The notes below the pieces were generated by a model, which saw only the letters and a list, made by a program, of their open reading frames with translations, was not told the origin of the DNA and did no database searches. Source: Leucoraja erinacea (Eukaryota). Taken from it: 64,000 nucleotides of DNA. Position 1 is the first letter of the stretch. Each line of letters starts with the position of its first letter. The DNA lies in contig NC_073387.1 of NCBI RefSeq assembly GCF_028641065.1, forward strand, positions 26,164,001 to 26,228,000, given 5' to 3'. Below, in pieces: positions 1 through 11,865 of the stretch. A program made the position numbers and the translations under genes.

Positions 1-234
1 TACCTACCTCCAGTGGGGGGGGGGGGGGGGGGGGGGGGGGGCTACCGCCGCTGCCGTCACCGTTACCGTCACCGCATCCCGTCCACAACCATCTCCCGCG
101 CCTGCGTCATCGCCCGTCCCAGGCATGCTAGGAGTTGGAGTCCAAATCACTGCGCCTGCGCGTTCACCCTTCAGTGAAACAACGAGTTTCGACCTGTGCA
201 TTGTCCTCACTTTGTATCTTTTGTTTTTAATCGC

Positions 235-1380
235 AAGCCAGTATCTGCAGTTCCTATTGTGTAGGAAGGAACTGCAGATGCTGGTTTAAACCGAAGACAT
301 ACACACAACAAGCTGGAGTTAGATAGAGCTCTAAGGGCTTTGGGGAGTCAAGGGATATGGTGAGAAGGCAGGCACGGGTTATTGATTGGGACGATCAGCC
401 ATGATCACAATGAATGGCGGTGCTGGCTCGAAGGGCTGAATGTTCTCTTCCTCCACCCATTTTCTATGTTTCTATGTAACTCAGCAGGTCAGGCAGCATC
501 TCTGGAGAGAAGGAATGGGTATTTTTTCTGGTCGAGACCCCATGAGTCTGAAAGCAAAGATACTAGATCTTTGGTCTGAAGAAGGGTCTCGGTCTCGACC
601 CGAAACATCATCCATTCCGTCTCTCCAGAGATGCTGTCTGGCCTGCTGAGTTACTCCAGCGTTTTGTGTCTACCATCTGTAGTTCCTATTGATATGTCTT
701 CGTCATTTTGTTCATGTTTTGACCAGAGGAAGAGACTGAAGATGTTGGTTTACGATTAAAAAAAAGACACAAAGTTCAGACAATGCACACATGCGTACAT
801 TGAAACTCATTGTTTCAATTAGTTGGTTCAACCAGCACCTGCATTTCATATTGATGTTTATTTATCATTTCGTTCATGTTTTGACCAAATGAAAGAACTG
901 CAGATGCTGGTTTACACCTGACCACGTCTCGACCCGAAACGTCATCCATTCCTTCCATCCAGAGATCCTGCCAGTCCCGCTGAGTTACTCCAGCATTGTG
1001 TGTCTTATAGCGGGAACTCACAATGAGTTTCAGTGTTTGTTTGTGTGCATTTGTATTTTTTTTGTTAATCGTAAACCAACATCTGCGATTCCTACTGATT
1101 TTTCTTCATTATTTCGTTCATGTTTTAAGCAAAGGAAGGAACTGCAGATGTTGGAACTGCACAAAATGCTGGAGCAACTCAACGGGACACGCAGCATCTC
1201 TGGAGAGAAGGAATGGGTGACGTTTCGGGTCGAGACCCGTTGCTGTCTGTTCCGATGAGCTACTCCAGCTTTTCGTGTCTATCTTCGGTGTAAACCAGTA
1301 TCTACAGTTCCTATTGGTGTTTCTTCGTCATTTCGTTCATGTTTTGAACAAAGGAAGGAACTGCAGATGCTGATTTACTC
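235..1380. mobile_element. Cluster of non-autonomous Penelope-like (pLTR-derived) elements in both orientations
   Basis: Recurrent ggaactgcagatgctggttt...gctggagtaactcagc...gcagcatctctggagagaaggaatgggtgacgtttcgggtcgagaccc and its reverse complement. The same sequence directly follows the GIY-YIG ORF at ~54630-54725. Confidence 0.75.
320..477 (+). mobile_element. CR1-type LINE 3' end
   Basis: gttagatagagctctaaggg...gatcagccatgatcacaatgaatggcgg...ttctatgtttctatgt matches the 3' ends of the longer CR1 copies in this window and interrupts a Penelope-derived element. Confidence 0.85.
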
Positions 1381-2203
1381 AATGATGCAGGGGTTTACTT
1401 TTTTTAAAATAGAACAATTGCAAAATCTGAAGCAGAAGGGTGAGCATGCACAAAAACACTGTTCAGCAGCCCATTAGGAGAAATACAAATCGACTTTTCT
1501 TACTATTATTGCCCTTCAGGATTAGAAAAAAACCAAGACTTTCAAATAAGATTTTCATCATATGTACCTATCCGTATTTGTACAGGTGGCAATAGGCTTG
1601 ACGACGTATAATTTGCCTAATATTGTTTCGTTCGACGATAAAAAAAAAAAACAAAGCTTGGAAATAAGAAAAGGACGACAGGCAAAAAGGATACCTGCGA
1701 GACTGAAATACTGAGAGGATAATTTAAAGACTGCAGATGCTGGAAACTGGAGCAACGCAAAAGTTGTTCCAGGAACGTCAGCGGGCAGCATCTGTGGAGG
1801 CAAAAGGATAGTCGATGTTTTGGGCTAAGATTCTGCATCAGGAGATCGTTCAGTTAGATTGCTCATAGAATCCATTACAGGCTTCTGTCAGCTGAACTAG
1901 CACAAACCAACTCTGCACAAAGTGCTGGTGGAACAATACGTCAGCAGCATTTGTGGAGGGAATGGACCAGCGATATTTTGAGTTAGGACCCTTCACACCA
2001 TGTGAATCTCTCAGTCTGATGTATTTTCGAACACATAATGGCGACACTATTGTAACATCGATAACGTGCCCTTCAGACTAACTGTAGTTATAATGTTATG
2101 TCTTGCTTACCTTTCAATATCTAGGCGAGTGGAAACAATGTTGTATAGTAGCAATACTCCACGAATGTTTCATCTTTAAGTATCAATAGAGTATCTCTCA
2201 TAT

Positions 2204-2395
2204 CTATGTAGGAAAGAACTGCAGATGCTGGTTTAAATCGAAGTTAGACACAAAATGCTGGAGTGACTCGGCGGGACAGGTAGCAGCTCTGGAGAGAAGG
2301 AATGGGTGACGTTTCTGGTCGAGACCCTTCTTCAGACTGACCAGAAACGTCACCCTTCTCTTCTCTCCAGAGATGCTGCCTGTCCCGCTGAGTTC
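2204..2395. mobile_element. Fold-back (palindromic) Penelope-derived element
   Basis: The arm ...ggagagaaggaatgggtgacgtttctggtc... is followed by its inverted copy gaccagaaacgtcacccttctcttctctccagagatgctgcctgtcccgctgagt. Confidence 0.75.
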
Positions 2396-4104
2396 ACATG
2401 CTGTTGCATAGGATCCGTCCCTCAGTAGCCTGTGGTAGTACGATTCTGGGTTGCAGTCCTCTCCCTCAGAGTGCGGTGCCGTGACAACAACAACCAACCC
2501 CCTCGCTGGACCTTCTTGGTAAACAGTTACAGAGTCAGACATAGATAGGAAAGTCTCCTTAACGACCAAGAAGCCTTTTCTCAGTGAGTTTCACTTGTCC
2601 CAGACCCTTCAAAGCTTTTCTATCTATCCGCCTGTCCAAATGTATTTTAAATGTTGTTGTTAAAAGAAGGGAAGACAACTGTCTCATCCGCACCTCAGCC
2701 AACTCAAGTGTAAGCTGCGATTGGCGAAGGGGCAGAAGCTGTGCATCTGATCGGGCGGGCTTTTTTCAAGGGCAAGAAAGGACTGGTTGAGGTAAAAGAG
2801 GAAAGAATTAAAGGGATCTGGGGAACAATATGTTTTCCTCATCGGAGGCGGTGGGTACATGGAATGAAATGCTAGAGGAAGTGATAGAGGTGGGTACAAT
2901 TACAACTTTCAAAAGGTTTTTGGGTGTGTTCTCAGATTGGAAAGGTTTAGATGGATGTGGGCAAAATACAGTTTAACACAAGAGACTAGGTTGGATCGGC
3001 ACCTTGGTCAACAGGCGTGAATTAGACTGAGGGAGGGGGGGGGGGGCGTCTGTGCTGTGGAAATCTGTAAGATATGTGTATTAAATTAAAAAAAAAGATG
3101 TTATGCATAAAACACATAATACAGGTAATATGTTACATGAATACATAACTGTGTCATCAAATCAATATGTTAGCACTGAGATATGTTGACAACATATAAG
3201 GCTCCTGACAACGAACATTAAAGGCGCACATTTTATTTTCTGAATAACAATGACAAGATTTAATGTAGAAATTATATTTTACTCAACGTTTTTTAAAAAT
3301 TCAAATATTTATCAATCGAAGTATTTGATTACTCGACGTGTCTTTTTTACTCGAGATAGCTTTATAGATTGTGAGTTTTTTTTACTTGGGGAGTTTTTAC
3401 TCGAGGTGTGTTTTTTAGTCGAGGCGGGCTTTTTATTCGTTTTTTTTACTCGACGTATATTTTGTAACGGTGAGTTTTTTTTACTCGAGGTGTGATTTTT
3501 ACTTGGGGCGGGCTTTTTACTCGTTTTTATATACTCCAGATATATTTTGTAATTCGGTGGGATATTTACTCGAGGTGTGTTTTTTAACTCAAGCCAGAGT
3601 CGAGGTTAGTTTTTTACCCGTGGGATATTTTATTCGAGTTGCTTTTTTTTTTACACGAGTCGAGATGGGGTTTTTTTTACTTGAGGCGGGCTTTTAAACT
3701 CGTTTCTTTTGATCGATGTTTTTCTGCTTTTTTACTCGGTGTGATTTTTAGTTGAGGTGTGTTTTTAATCGAGGCGGGCTTTTTACTCCTGTTATTTTTT
3801 ATTAGAAGTATAATTTTAGTCGAGGCGGGCTTTTTACTCTTTTTCTTCCCGAGGTGTGTTTTTTATTTGAACTTTTTTTTAGTCGAGGTGGGCTTTTTAC
3901 TCGTGGTTTCCTTTTGCTCGAGGTATTTTAACTCGGTATGCTTTTAACGTGTGTTTTGTACTCGAGATGTATTTTTTTTAGTCAAGGCGGGCATTTTATT
4001 GATGGTTTCTTTTAACTTGAGATAGGGGTTGAACCCGAGCTGTGCTTTTTGCTCGTTTTTTTCACTCGTTAGTTGTTTTACTCAAGGTGTTTTTGTAACT
4101 GGGC

Positions 4105-4400
4105 GGTAGTTGTTTAGTCGGGGTGGGTGTTTAGGCGGGCTGGTTGTTTACTGGAGCAGGTTGTTTACATGGGGGGTTGTCCACTCGAGCTGTACTTGCG
4201 ACGCGCGCCGGCTTCGGACACTTTCTCCGCCACGGTTTCCCGCTCAAAAAACCGTCTTGCTAATTGGACGAAGTCCGAAGTCCGATCAGCGCTGGGGGCG
4301 GGTGCAGCGAGTGTTTAAAAGGCGGACGGGTCCGGCTCCCGCCTCCAGTCACGGAGCCGCTCGAGTGACGAAACATCGTGGTCGCCAGCTCCCATTGCCA
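4105..4400 (+). promoter_or_regulatory. Putative Pol II promoter cassette, copy 1 (most complete)
   Basis: TGTTTAC at 4145 and 4162 (forkhead consensus), TTTCCCGC 4236-4243 (E2F consensus), ATTGG 4263-4267 (inverted CCAAT), GGGGCGGG 4295-4302, TTTAAA 4314-4319, CpG-rich. Motif-based only; activity not shown. Confidence 0.45.
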
Positions 4401-5064
4401 GCACATGTACCTCGTTAGTTGTTTTTTCGTGGTATGGTTTATTTTTAACTCGATGTGCTTTTTATTCCAGTTACATTTTTTACTTTAGGCGGGCTTTTTA
4501 CGAGATATGTTTTTTTTTTAACACGGTAGGAATTTTATTCGAGGTGTGATTTTTAGTCGAGGCGGCTTTTTTACGTTATTTTTTCCCCCCCTCAAATGTG
4601 TTTTTTTTTGTCGAAGCCAGCTTTGTACTGGAGATGGGCGTTTGCTTCGTCGAGGCGGGCTTTTTACTCGTGCTTTTTTTAACCCACGGTTTAAAAAATA
4701 TTTTGCTATGTGTTTTGTAACTCGATGTACTTTTTATTCGAGGCTTGTTTCTCAGTAAGGTGGGAATTTGACTCGTTCTTTGTGACTCGGAGCGTCCGTT
4801 TTTTAACTCGAGGTGTGGTTTTTTTTACTAGAGGTGGGGTTTTTAATCTGTTTATTTTATCTCCTAGTATATTTTATCTCCTAATTATTTTACTCGGTAT
4901 GTTGTTTACCTCAAGGTGGGTTTTTTTAGTCGTGTTCGTGTTTTTTAGTCGAGGCGAGCTTTTTACTCGTGATTTCTATTTACTCGACATGCGTTTTTAA
5001 CTCGTATGTTTTTACTTGACCTGTACTTTCTCCTCAAGTTGGCTGTTTTACTCGAGGAGTTTTT

Positions 5065-5280
5065 GTAACTTGAGTCGGGTGGTTGTTTAGGCGGGGCAGG
5101 TTGCTTACTGGGAGCAGATTGTTTACTGGAGCAGATTGTTTACATGAGGGGTTGTCCACTGGTGCTGTACTTGTGGCGGGCGCGGGTTTCGCCGACAGCG
5201 GAAAGTTTCTCCGCTTCGATTTGTCGCTCAAAATCCCCCTCGTGTTCATTGGACGAAGCCCGAGGACCCTTCAGCGTTGG
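5065..5280 (+). promoter_or_regulatory. Promoter-like cassette, copy 2 (3'-truncated)
   Basis: Homologous to 4105-4290. Repeated tgtttac motifs and ATTGG near 5248. Confidence 0.35.
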
Positions 5281-6920
5281 TCACTCTTGTTTTTACTCGA
5301 GGTATATATTGTTTTAAACTCTATGTTCTTTTTACTCGAGCTCAGTCTTACTTTAGGCGGGCTTTTTACTCGTTTTTTTAAATCCAAGACATGTTTTTTT
5401 AACTCGGGTGTGATTTTTAGTCGAGGCTGACTTATAATTTTTAGTTGCAATCAGCATTTTATTGGAGATGGATGTTTATTTCGTCGAGGCGGGATTTTTA
5501 TAAGTGTTTTTTTAACTATCGGTATTTTATTTTATGTTTTTAGTCGAGGCGGACTTTTTTTTACTGGTGAGGACTTGAATCTGCGCTCCGTCAAAGCCGC
5601 GAGTCACCGTTTTACCCGAAGACGTTGGCGCGTCTACAAGCTTACCCCGCCTGGTCCAACCATTGCTCTTGAAAGTGCAGCTGAATGTAAGGTGCAGGAA
5701 TACACCTTTGATCCCGCAGGCAGGAGATAGTAATCATCTGAGACCGACTACCTAGGTGAGTCTGATAACACTTGGAGAATCGTGTTGTGTTGACGGGTGT
5801 TACGATGAATTCCTACACGATTAGGCGATGGATCGAATGTCTGATCAGTAGCTAAAAACTGTTTCTTTGCAATGGCTATGATGGTAATTTTGACAGAAGG
5901 ACAAGGAGCGTCACATAAAGCCAGCGAATATCCGATAATGAAGCCTCCTTGCCAGAGATGGGAACCCCCACCAGCGACTCAATATTGGCTAAAATAAAGT
6001 GAAAGGACTCAAATGGAAAGAAAAGACCCACCCAGGAAAAAAGCAAGAACAGTAAAACTGATGCAGCTTATCTCTGGGAAAAGTCGAGACATATGGAGAC
6101 AACATCAATGGGGAACCAGGTTGGACATCTTTCTTATTCATTGGTCTACTCGTTGGTGACTTGCTTTTACTCGATTTATGTTTTTAACTCTATGTGCATT
6201 TTACACGATATTTTTTTTAACTTGGGGCTGGCTTTTAACGGGTTTTTTTTACTCGTATTGTGATTTTTAGTCGGAGCCAGCTTTTTACTCGATATGGGTT
6301 TTTTGGTCAAGGCGAGCTTTTTACTCTTTTTAACTCGAGTTTGTTTTATTTAATTTTTACTCGGTGTAATTTTTACTCGGGGTGTTTTGTAACTCGATGT
6401 GTTTTTTGAAGTGTTTTATAACGAGGTGATTATTTACTCGAGGCAGGCTTTTTACTCGTAGTTTATTTTAGTCGGGGTGCTTTCTTTATAATTCGAGGTG
6501 GGGTTTTGAGTCGAGGCGAGCTTTTTACTCGACATGCGTTTTTAACTCGAGATGTGTTTTTACTCTTGCGGGTTTTTTTTACTTTTTTTGACGCGTTGGA
6601 TGTTTTACTCGTGGTGTGTGTAACTTTGGTCAGGGTGGTTGTTTTGTTCAGTCGGGGTGGTTTACTGGAGCAGTTTATTTACACGAGGGGGGCTTTTAAA
6701 ATGTGATTTTTAGTCTAAGCCAACTTTTTATTGCTCGAGTTGGTTTTTATTCGAGGTGATTTTGTAACTGTTTAGTCGCTATGGTTTAGCCTGGTGGAGG
6801 GGGGGGGGGGGTGTTTACATGAGGGGTCGATTCTCCACGTGCTGTTCATGTAGCGCAGCGGAAACTTTCTCCACTTCGGTTTCCCGCGCAAATCCTTTCT
6901 GATTATTGAACGAAACCGGA

Positions 6921-7048
6921 NNNNNNNNNNNNNNNNNNNNNNNNNNNNNNNNNNNNNNNNNNNNNNNNNNNNNNNNNNNNNNNNNNNNNNNNNNNNNNNN
7001 NNNNNNNNNNNNNNNNNNNNNNNNNNNNNNNNNNNNNNNNNNNNNNNN
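6921..7048. other. Assembly gap (128 N)
   Basis: N run; truncates another promoter-like copy (6770-6920). Confidence 1.
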
Positions 7049-7645
7049 CATTGGTTACTCTGGTTTTTAATCACAGTATGCTTTTTTTAAAAACGATGTG
7101 CTTTTTACTCCAGCAATTTTTTTATTATTTAACTTTAACTCTTAACTTTTTAACTCTGGCTTTTTACTCGTTTTATTTACTTGAGGTATATGTTTTTTTT
7201 TTATCTCGGTGGGATTTATTTCCTCGGATTGTATTTTTAAGTTAGGGCGGGCTTTTTACTTGTGAATTTTTCCAGCTTTTTATTGGTGATGGATGTTTGC
7301 TTAGTTGAGGTGGGCTTTTTACTCCTGCTCTTGTGTTTTTTAATTTGGTGTGATTTTTTTTTTTTTTCCTTCAAGGTGTTTTTTAGTCTGGGTGGACTTT
7401 TTACTGGTGAGGATGTGAATTTGTGCACAGTCCATGCTGTGAGCCACCGTTTTACCCGAAGGCATTGGCGCGTCTATATACTTAACCCACCTGGTCCAAC
7501 CATAGCTCTTGAAAGAGCCAGCGAAGGTAAGGTGCAGGAATAAGCCTATGAGCGCATTGGCAGGGGACAGTCCTTGCCTGAGGCTGACAAACAGGGTGAG
7601 TATGATAACACTTGGAGAATTGTGTTTGTGTTGATGGGTGTGTTA

Positions 7646-8700
7646 CAAGGGAACAGTTTAAAGGATCTGACTACTAGAATAGGAAAAAGGCTCACTCACA
7701 AATCAGATTTATTGGCAAGAGAGAATAAAAATATTTGTCTTGGTATGCGTGGGTCTGTTTTACAGCAGCACACCTCTCTGCCTCCATCTGTGGCCCTGAT
7801 CGCGACTCAGCCCATTGGTGAACACTTCATACATGAACTAACTTATGGCTTCCTGGCACCATCCTTTATACAGGTAAGAAATCAGCTGTTGAAAAAACCG
7901 CCAGTAAGTCCTGGCCAATAGAGCTTCTCCCACATTCAAACTATAACCAATGGCAGGGGACTGCATCCCAGCAAGCCCCGCCGCACCCTTCTTTGGGAAC
8001 AAAGCGCTATCAGCTGCAGAATTGCATGTAAAGCAATACACACAGCGCTAAAGACTTGGTGCGCAAATCAATACACGCAGAGCTACAGACTTGGCATACA
8101 AATCAATACATGCAGAGCTACAGACTTGGTGCGCAAATCAATTCACATAGCGCAAAAGACTTGGCATGCAAATCAATGCACAGAGCTACAGACTTGGTGC
8201 GCAAATCAATGCACAGAGCTACAGACTTGGTGCGCAAATCAATACACGCAGAGCTACAAACTTGGCGTACAAATCAATACATGCAGAGCTACAGACTTGG
8301 TGCGCAAATCAATTCTCATAGCGCAAAAGACTTGGCGCGCAGATCAATGCACAGAGCTACAGACTTGATGCGCAAATCAATGTACATAGAGCTACAGACT
8401 TGGTGCGTAAATCAATGCACAGAGCTACAGACTTGGTATACAAATCCATACACACAGCGCTAAAGACGGCACTCAAATCTATTCACCAGCGATGCAGACT
8501 TAGTGCGTAAAGGTAATACACGGTACTGCCAATTTGGTGTGCAAAAGTTTAAACAATGCTGTCGGCTTAATGCGCAGAAATTTAAACAAAGAGCTATCAG
8601 CTGCAGAACTTTGGTTCTAAATATAGTGTTACTGGCCACAGCACATTGGACTTTAAACACAACGCTATGGGTCAGTGACTGTTCAGGCAAAATTCTTGTA
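7646..8700. mobile_element. ~1.05-kb insertion (possible non-autonomous DNA transposon) with internal minisatellite
   Basis: Splits a module that is contiguous at ~5790-5830 and ~9160-9200. Ends tacaag-ggaacagt and actgttc...cttgta are partial inverted repeats. Confidence 0.5.
8030..8510. repeat. 33/37-bp minisatellite, about 13 units
   Basis: Tandem agagctacagacttggtgcgcaaatcaat(gcac/acacgc). Confidence 0.95.
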
Positions 8701-9664
8701 TAATGGTGTTATGGTGAATTCCTGAGCTAATAGGCGATGGATCAAATGTCTTCAGTAGCTAAAAGCTGCTTCTTTGCAATGGTTGATGGTAATTTTTTTA
8801 ACGTGTGAATTTTAGTCAAAGCCAGCTATTTATTGAAGATTGTTGTTTGCTTAGTTGAGGCATGCATTTTATTTGTGCTTTTTTAAACTTTTTTTACTCT
8901 TTGTCTCGAGGTGTTTTTTAGGCGAGGCGGACTTTTTACTGGTGAGGACACAAATCTGCGCACTATTCAGTCTGCGAGTCACCATCATACCCAAAGACAT
9001 TGGCGCGTCTACAAGCTTATCCCACCTGGTCCAACCGTAGGTCTTGAAAGAACCACCAAAGGTAAGGTGCAGGAATAAGCCTTTGAGCCCGTTGGCAGGA
9101 GATAGTGATCACCTGCGGCCGACTACCAGGGTGAGTATGATAACACTTAAAGAATCATGCTTGTGTTGATGAGTGTAATGATGAATTCCTGTGCTAATAA
9201 GCGATGAATCAAATGTCTGATCAGTTGCCAAAAACTGCCTTTTTGCAATGGCCCTGATGATAATTTTGACAGGAGGACGAGTGTCATATAAAACCAGAGA
9301 ATATCTGATAATGAAGTTTCTCCTTGCAGGGATAGGAACCCCCACCAGTGACTCAATACTGGCTAAAAGAAAGTGAAAGAGATACAAAATGGAAAGAAAA
9401 GATCCATCCAGGAAAAACAAAGAGCAAGAACATCAAAACTGATTATCTCCGGGAAAAGCCAAGAGATCACAGACCTCTGGAGATGGAGACAACATCAATG
9501 GGGAAATCTGGTTGGTCGCTCTTGATATTCTTTGGTTTACTTGTTTCTACTCATTGGTTACTTTTGTTTTTACTTGTTTTTTTTAACTTGTAGATTTTTA
9601 ACTTGGGATGGGTTTTTTAATTAAAGCTAGCTTTGTACTTATGGTTTATATTACTCTGTGCGTT

Positions 9665-9900
9665 TGTAATTGTTTAGTCGGGGTGGGTGGCTGGTTGTTT
9701 ACTGGAGCAGGTTGTTTACATGAGGGGTTGTCCACTCGTGCTGTACTTGCTGCGGGATTCGCCGACAGCAGAATCGTTCTCGGATTCGGTTTCCCGCTCA
9801 AAAATCCGTTCATACTAATTGGACGCAGCCCGAGGTCCGATCAGCGTAGGGTCCAGGTGCTGCTAGATTGACGGGCCGGGCTCCCGCCTCCAGTCATGGA
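9665..9900 (+). promoter_or_regulatory. Promoter-like cassette, further copy
   Basis: TGTTTAC 9696 and 9713, TTTCCCGC 9790-9797, ATTGG 9818-9822. Ends ccggg/ctcccgcctccagtca as in copy 1, but GC-box and TTTAAA are lost. Confidence 0.4.
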
Positions 9901-10560
9901 GCTACATGTCCACAGGGAGCTCCGCAGTTCCAAGATCGCTCTGACAGGAGTGCAGCGTTAGGTCGCATCGCTTCCCCACCTGGTGCTGTGACATCCAGTG
10001 CTTCCAGCAATCCAACAAATTGCTCCTTCCACTCCCACAAACAGGTGATCACTCTGGACAGAAGGATGGGCCAGAGCTTGGTTGTACTAGCACTTCCTGT
10101 AGGCCAATTCAATGGTGGTTTGGGCAGTATTTGTGACAGATCGGTCAGTGCATTAGTGAAGGCAGCAATTAGCTCCTTTGTCTTACAAAGGCAGAGAGTG
10201 AGATACTTGTTCTGACAAAACTCAATTGTATTGTAGGTAATACCGTGGATTTGAATGGAAAAGCCGCGCTGCCTGGAATCCCACGAGGTGCTCCTGAGGG
10301 AGGTCATCCAAGATCTATTTGAAGAATGAGCTTGGATGTCGTAGACTCACTGAAGGCCAGTGAGCTTAACTTGGCCGGGTTGTGGACGTGATCCTGCATG
10401 TGATCGTGCACGTGATCCGTCCACGGAGAGAATTTGTCCCCTGTCCGAGAAGATGAAGTACATCTATGACCTTCCGTCGTCCAGTACAACTAAAGGTCTG
10501 GTAAGAGCTGCTGAATATTTTACTCCCTTAGTCTGCTGTTTGCATTTATTGTGTCTGGAT

Positions 10561-11148
10561 CAGTGGTTCCCAACCTTTTTTTGGCCATGCCCCACCTAAT
10601 CACCTCTAAAATCCTGATGCCCCCGCCATGTGGTGATATATAATTCTTTTCATTTAAAAAGTGAACTCCGTTTCAGCTGAAGAAGCTTAAAACGCCAATA
10701 CCTTGGTTTAAACAAGCTTCAAAAGAACATGGCATCCATGAAAAACAAAAATGAAATAAACATAAGACAGTTAAAGTTCTGAGCAAGAAATTACTAAAAA
10801 ATTGTAAAAAAAAAGAAAAAAATGTTAGGTGGTATTAATATAATAATAATGATAAATATGATAATAAGAGTATTCACAGGTAATAAAGAGAGAGAAAATT
10901 CTGCGACGTGCATGAAGAGCGATGGCACGGTGATTATGTAATAACTACACAATAAACACCTTTTTTACCCAAAAATATTTACTCAAAATAACATCTGAAA
11001 CATAAACTACATATGTTTACCTGATGGAAAATCCTAAAAAATAAAAATCGAAAATTTGGACCCAGACCTCCTCAGTCGCGCTCAATTGCCCCCGTTACAA
11101 ATCAAATTGCCCCCCTGTGGGGTGTACGCCCCACGTTGGGAACCACTG
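10561..11148. mobile_element. hAT (Charlie-type) MITE
   Basis: TIRs cagtggttcccaac / gttgggaaccactg. 8-bp TSD gtctggat (10553-10560, 11149-11156). Empty site with a single gtctggat in the paralogous copy at ~19054. Confidence 0.95.
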
Positions 11149-11284
11149 GTCTGGATGTTCTATTGCTCTATTTGTAATGCTTAATTAAGAAACATGCAAG
11201 TGTAGTTCGGATGAAGATTTGATGTTCAGACTTGGTAGCATGTGTCATAATTTATTAGTAATGGAATTGTGACAACGTAAAGTG

Positions 11285-11865
11285 CAGTAACAGAAATATT
11301 CAAGTTTATATTCTACTGAACACTACATCCGTCCAACTTATGGATTCAGGTGTGATTAGCATGTTTAATTTTTATTATTTCAACAAAACATTTGATACTG
11401 TCATGAAGGCTAGTGGTGATGATAAAATGACTTAAATATTTCTGGAAATCATTTAACATTAGAGACTTCATAATGCTTGCTCGCAATACATGGGACACAG
11501 TTGGTGTGTGAATGGTGTTTGATTAGAACAGTGTCTGCATCTGGTGACTGACCTGAGAGGTTTTAGGGTTGGTAATGGTCAGTAAAACCAGAGGAAAAGG
11601 TTGAGTTAGGCTTAAAGTAGGTTGTGAAGAGTTGAGTTGGAAGACATGCAGGAGTTATTAGACTCATTAAAGAGAACTGTCGCCCTAAGATTTGCTTGAC
11701 CTTAAAAGCGCGGGAACATGAAGCAGAAAAGATAGGAGGTTGAAGTTCTTTGAAATCTAACAGCCAAGTGGTTGACATGCATTCTGTTTAATTGAGAGTG
11801 CTTCGGCTATTTTGATGAAGACGATTCAAATAATGAACATATGCAGAAGTGAGTAGAAATGTGCT
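11285..11865 (+). mobile_element. Decayed pogo/Tigger transposase (DDE end and C-terminus)
   Basis: Translates with frameshifts to NIQV..LNTTS.Q.MDSGVISMF..YYFNKTF...FWKSFNIRD...W.TV...NGV...EDMQELLDS, similar to the Tigger motif PNTTSLxQPMDQGVI...FWK.YNI. Confidence 0.8.

Larger units (their letters stand above)
3290..7400. repeat. Degenerate T-tract/TCGA minisatellite (unit ~17-20 bp), interrupted by promoter-like and other modules
   Basis: Many variants of tttttactcgaggtgtg and tttttagtcgaggcgggc; strongly T-rich on +. Further patches at ~8790-8940, 9550-9680 and 12150-12310. Confidence 0.85.

Noticed and set aside
14-41. Long G runs (also ~38925-38970 and 57407-57438) as functional G-quadruplex elements
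   Set aside because: Simple homopolymers, mostly within retroelement UTRs and of unreliable length; no independent support.
5600-5640. Walker-A-like DAPTSSGKT on the minus strand
   Set aside because: Not conserved in the other copies (DAPMPSGKT, DAPMSLGMM), and the substitution pattern favours a different frame.
3250-7543. Phe/Leu-rich ORFs as membrane proteins
   Set aside because: They are translations of the T-rich minisatellite.
8030-8510. CRISPR-like array or repeat protein (ORFs 8056-8463, 8126-8368)
   Set aside because: Units are contiguous with no unique spacers, mixed 33/37-bp lengths shift frame, and the context is eukaryotic; it is a minisatellite.
9894-10307. 137-aa minus-strand ORF as a novel gene
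   Set aside because: The paralogous copy (12400-12650) has stops, and the CQN..LTL...KTKELI.AF stretch resembles decayed Rex1-type RT ([14 protein letters not shown]).
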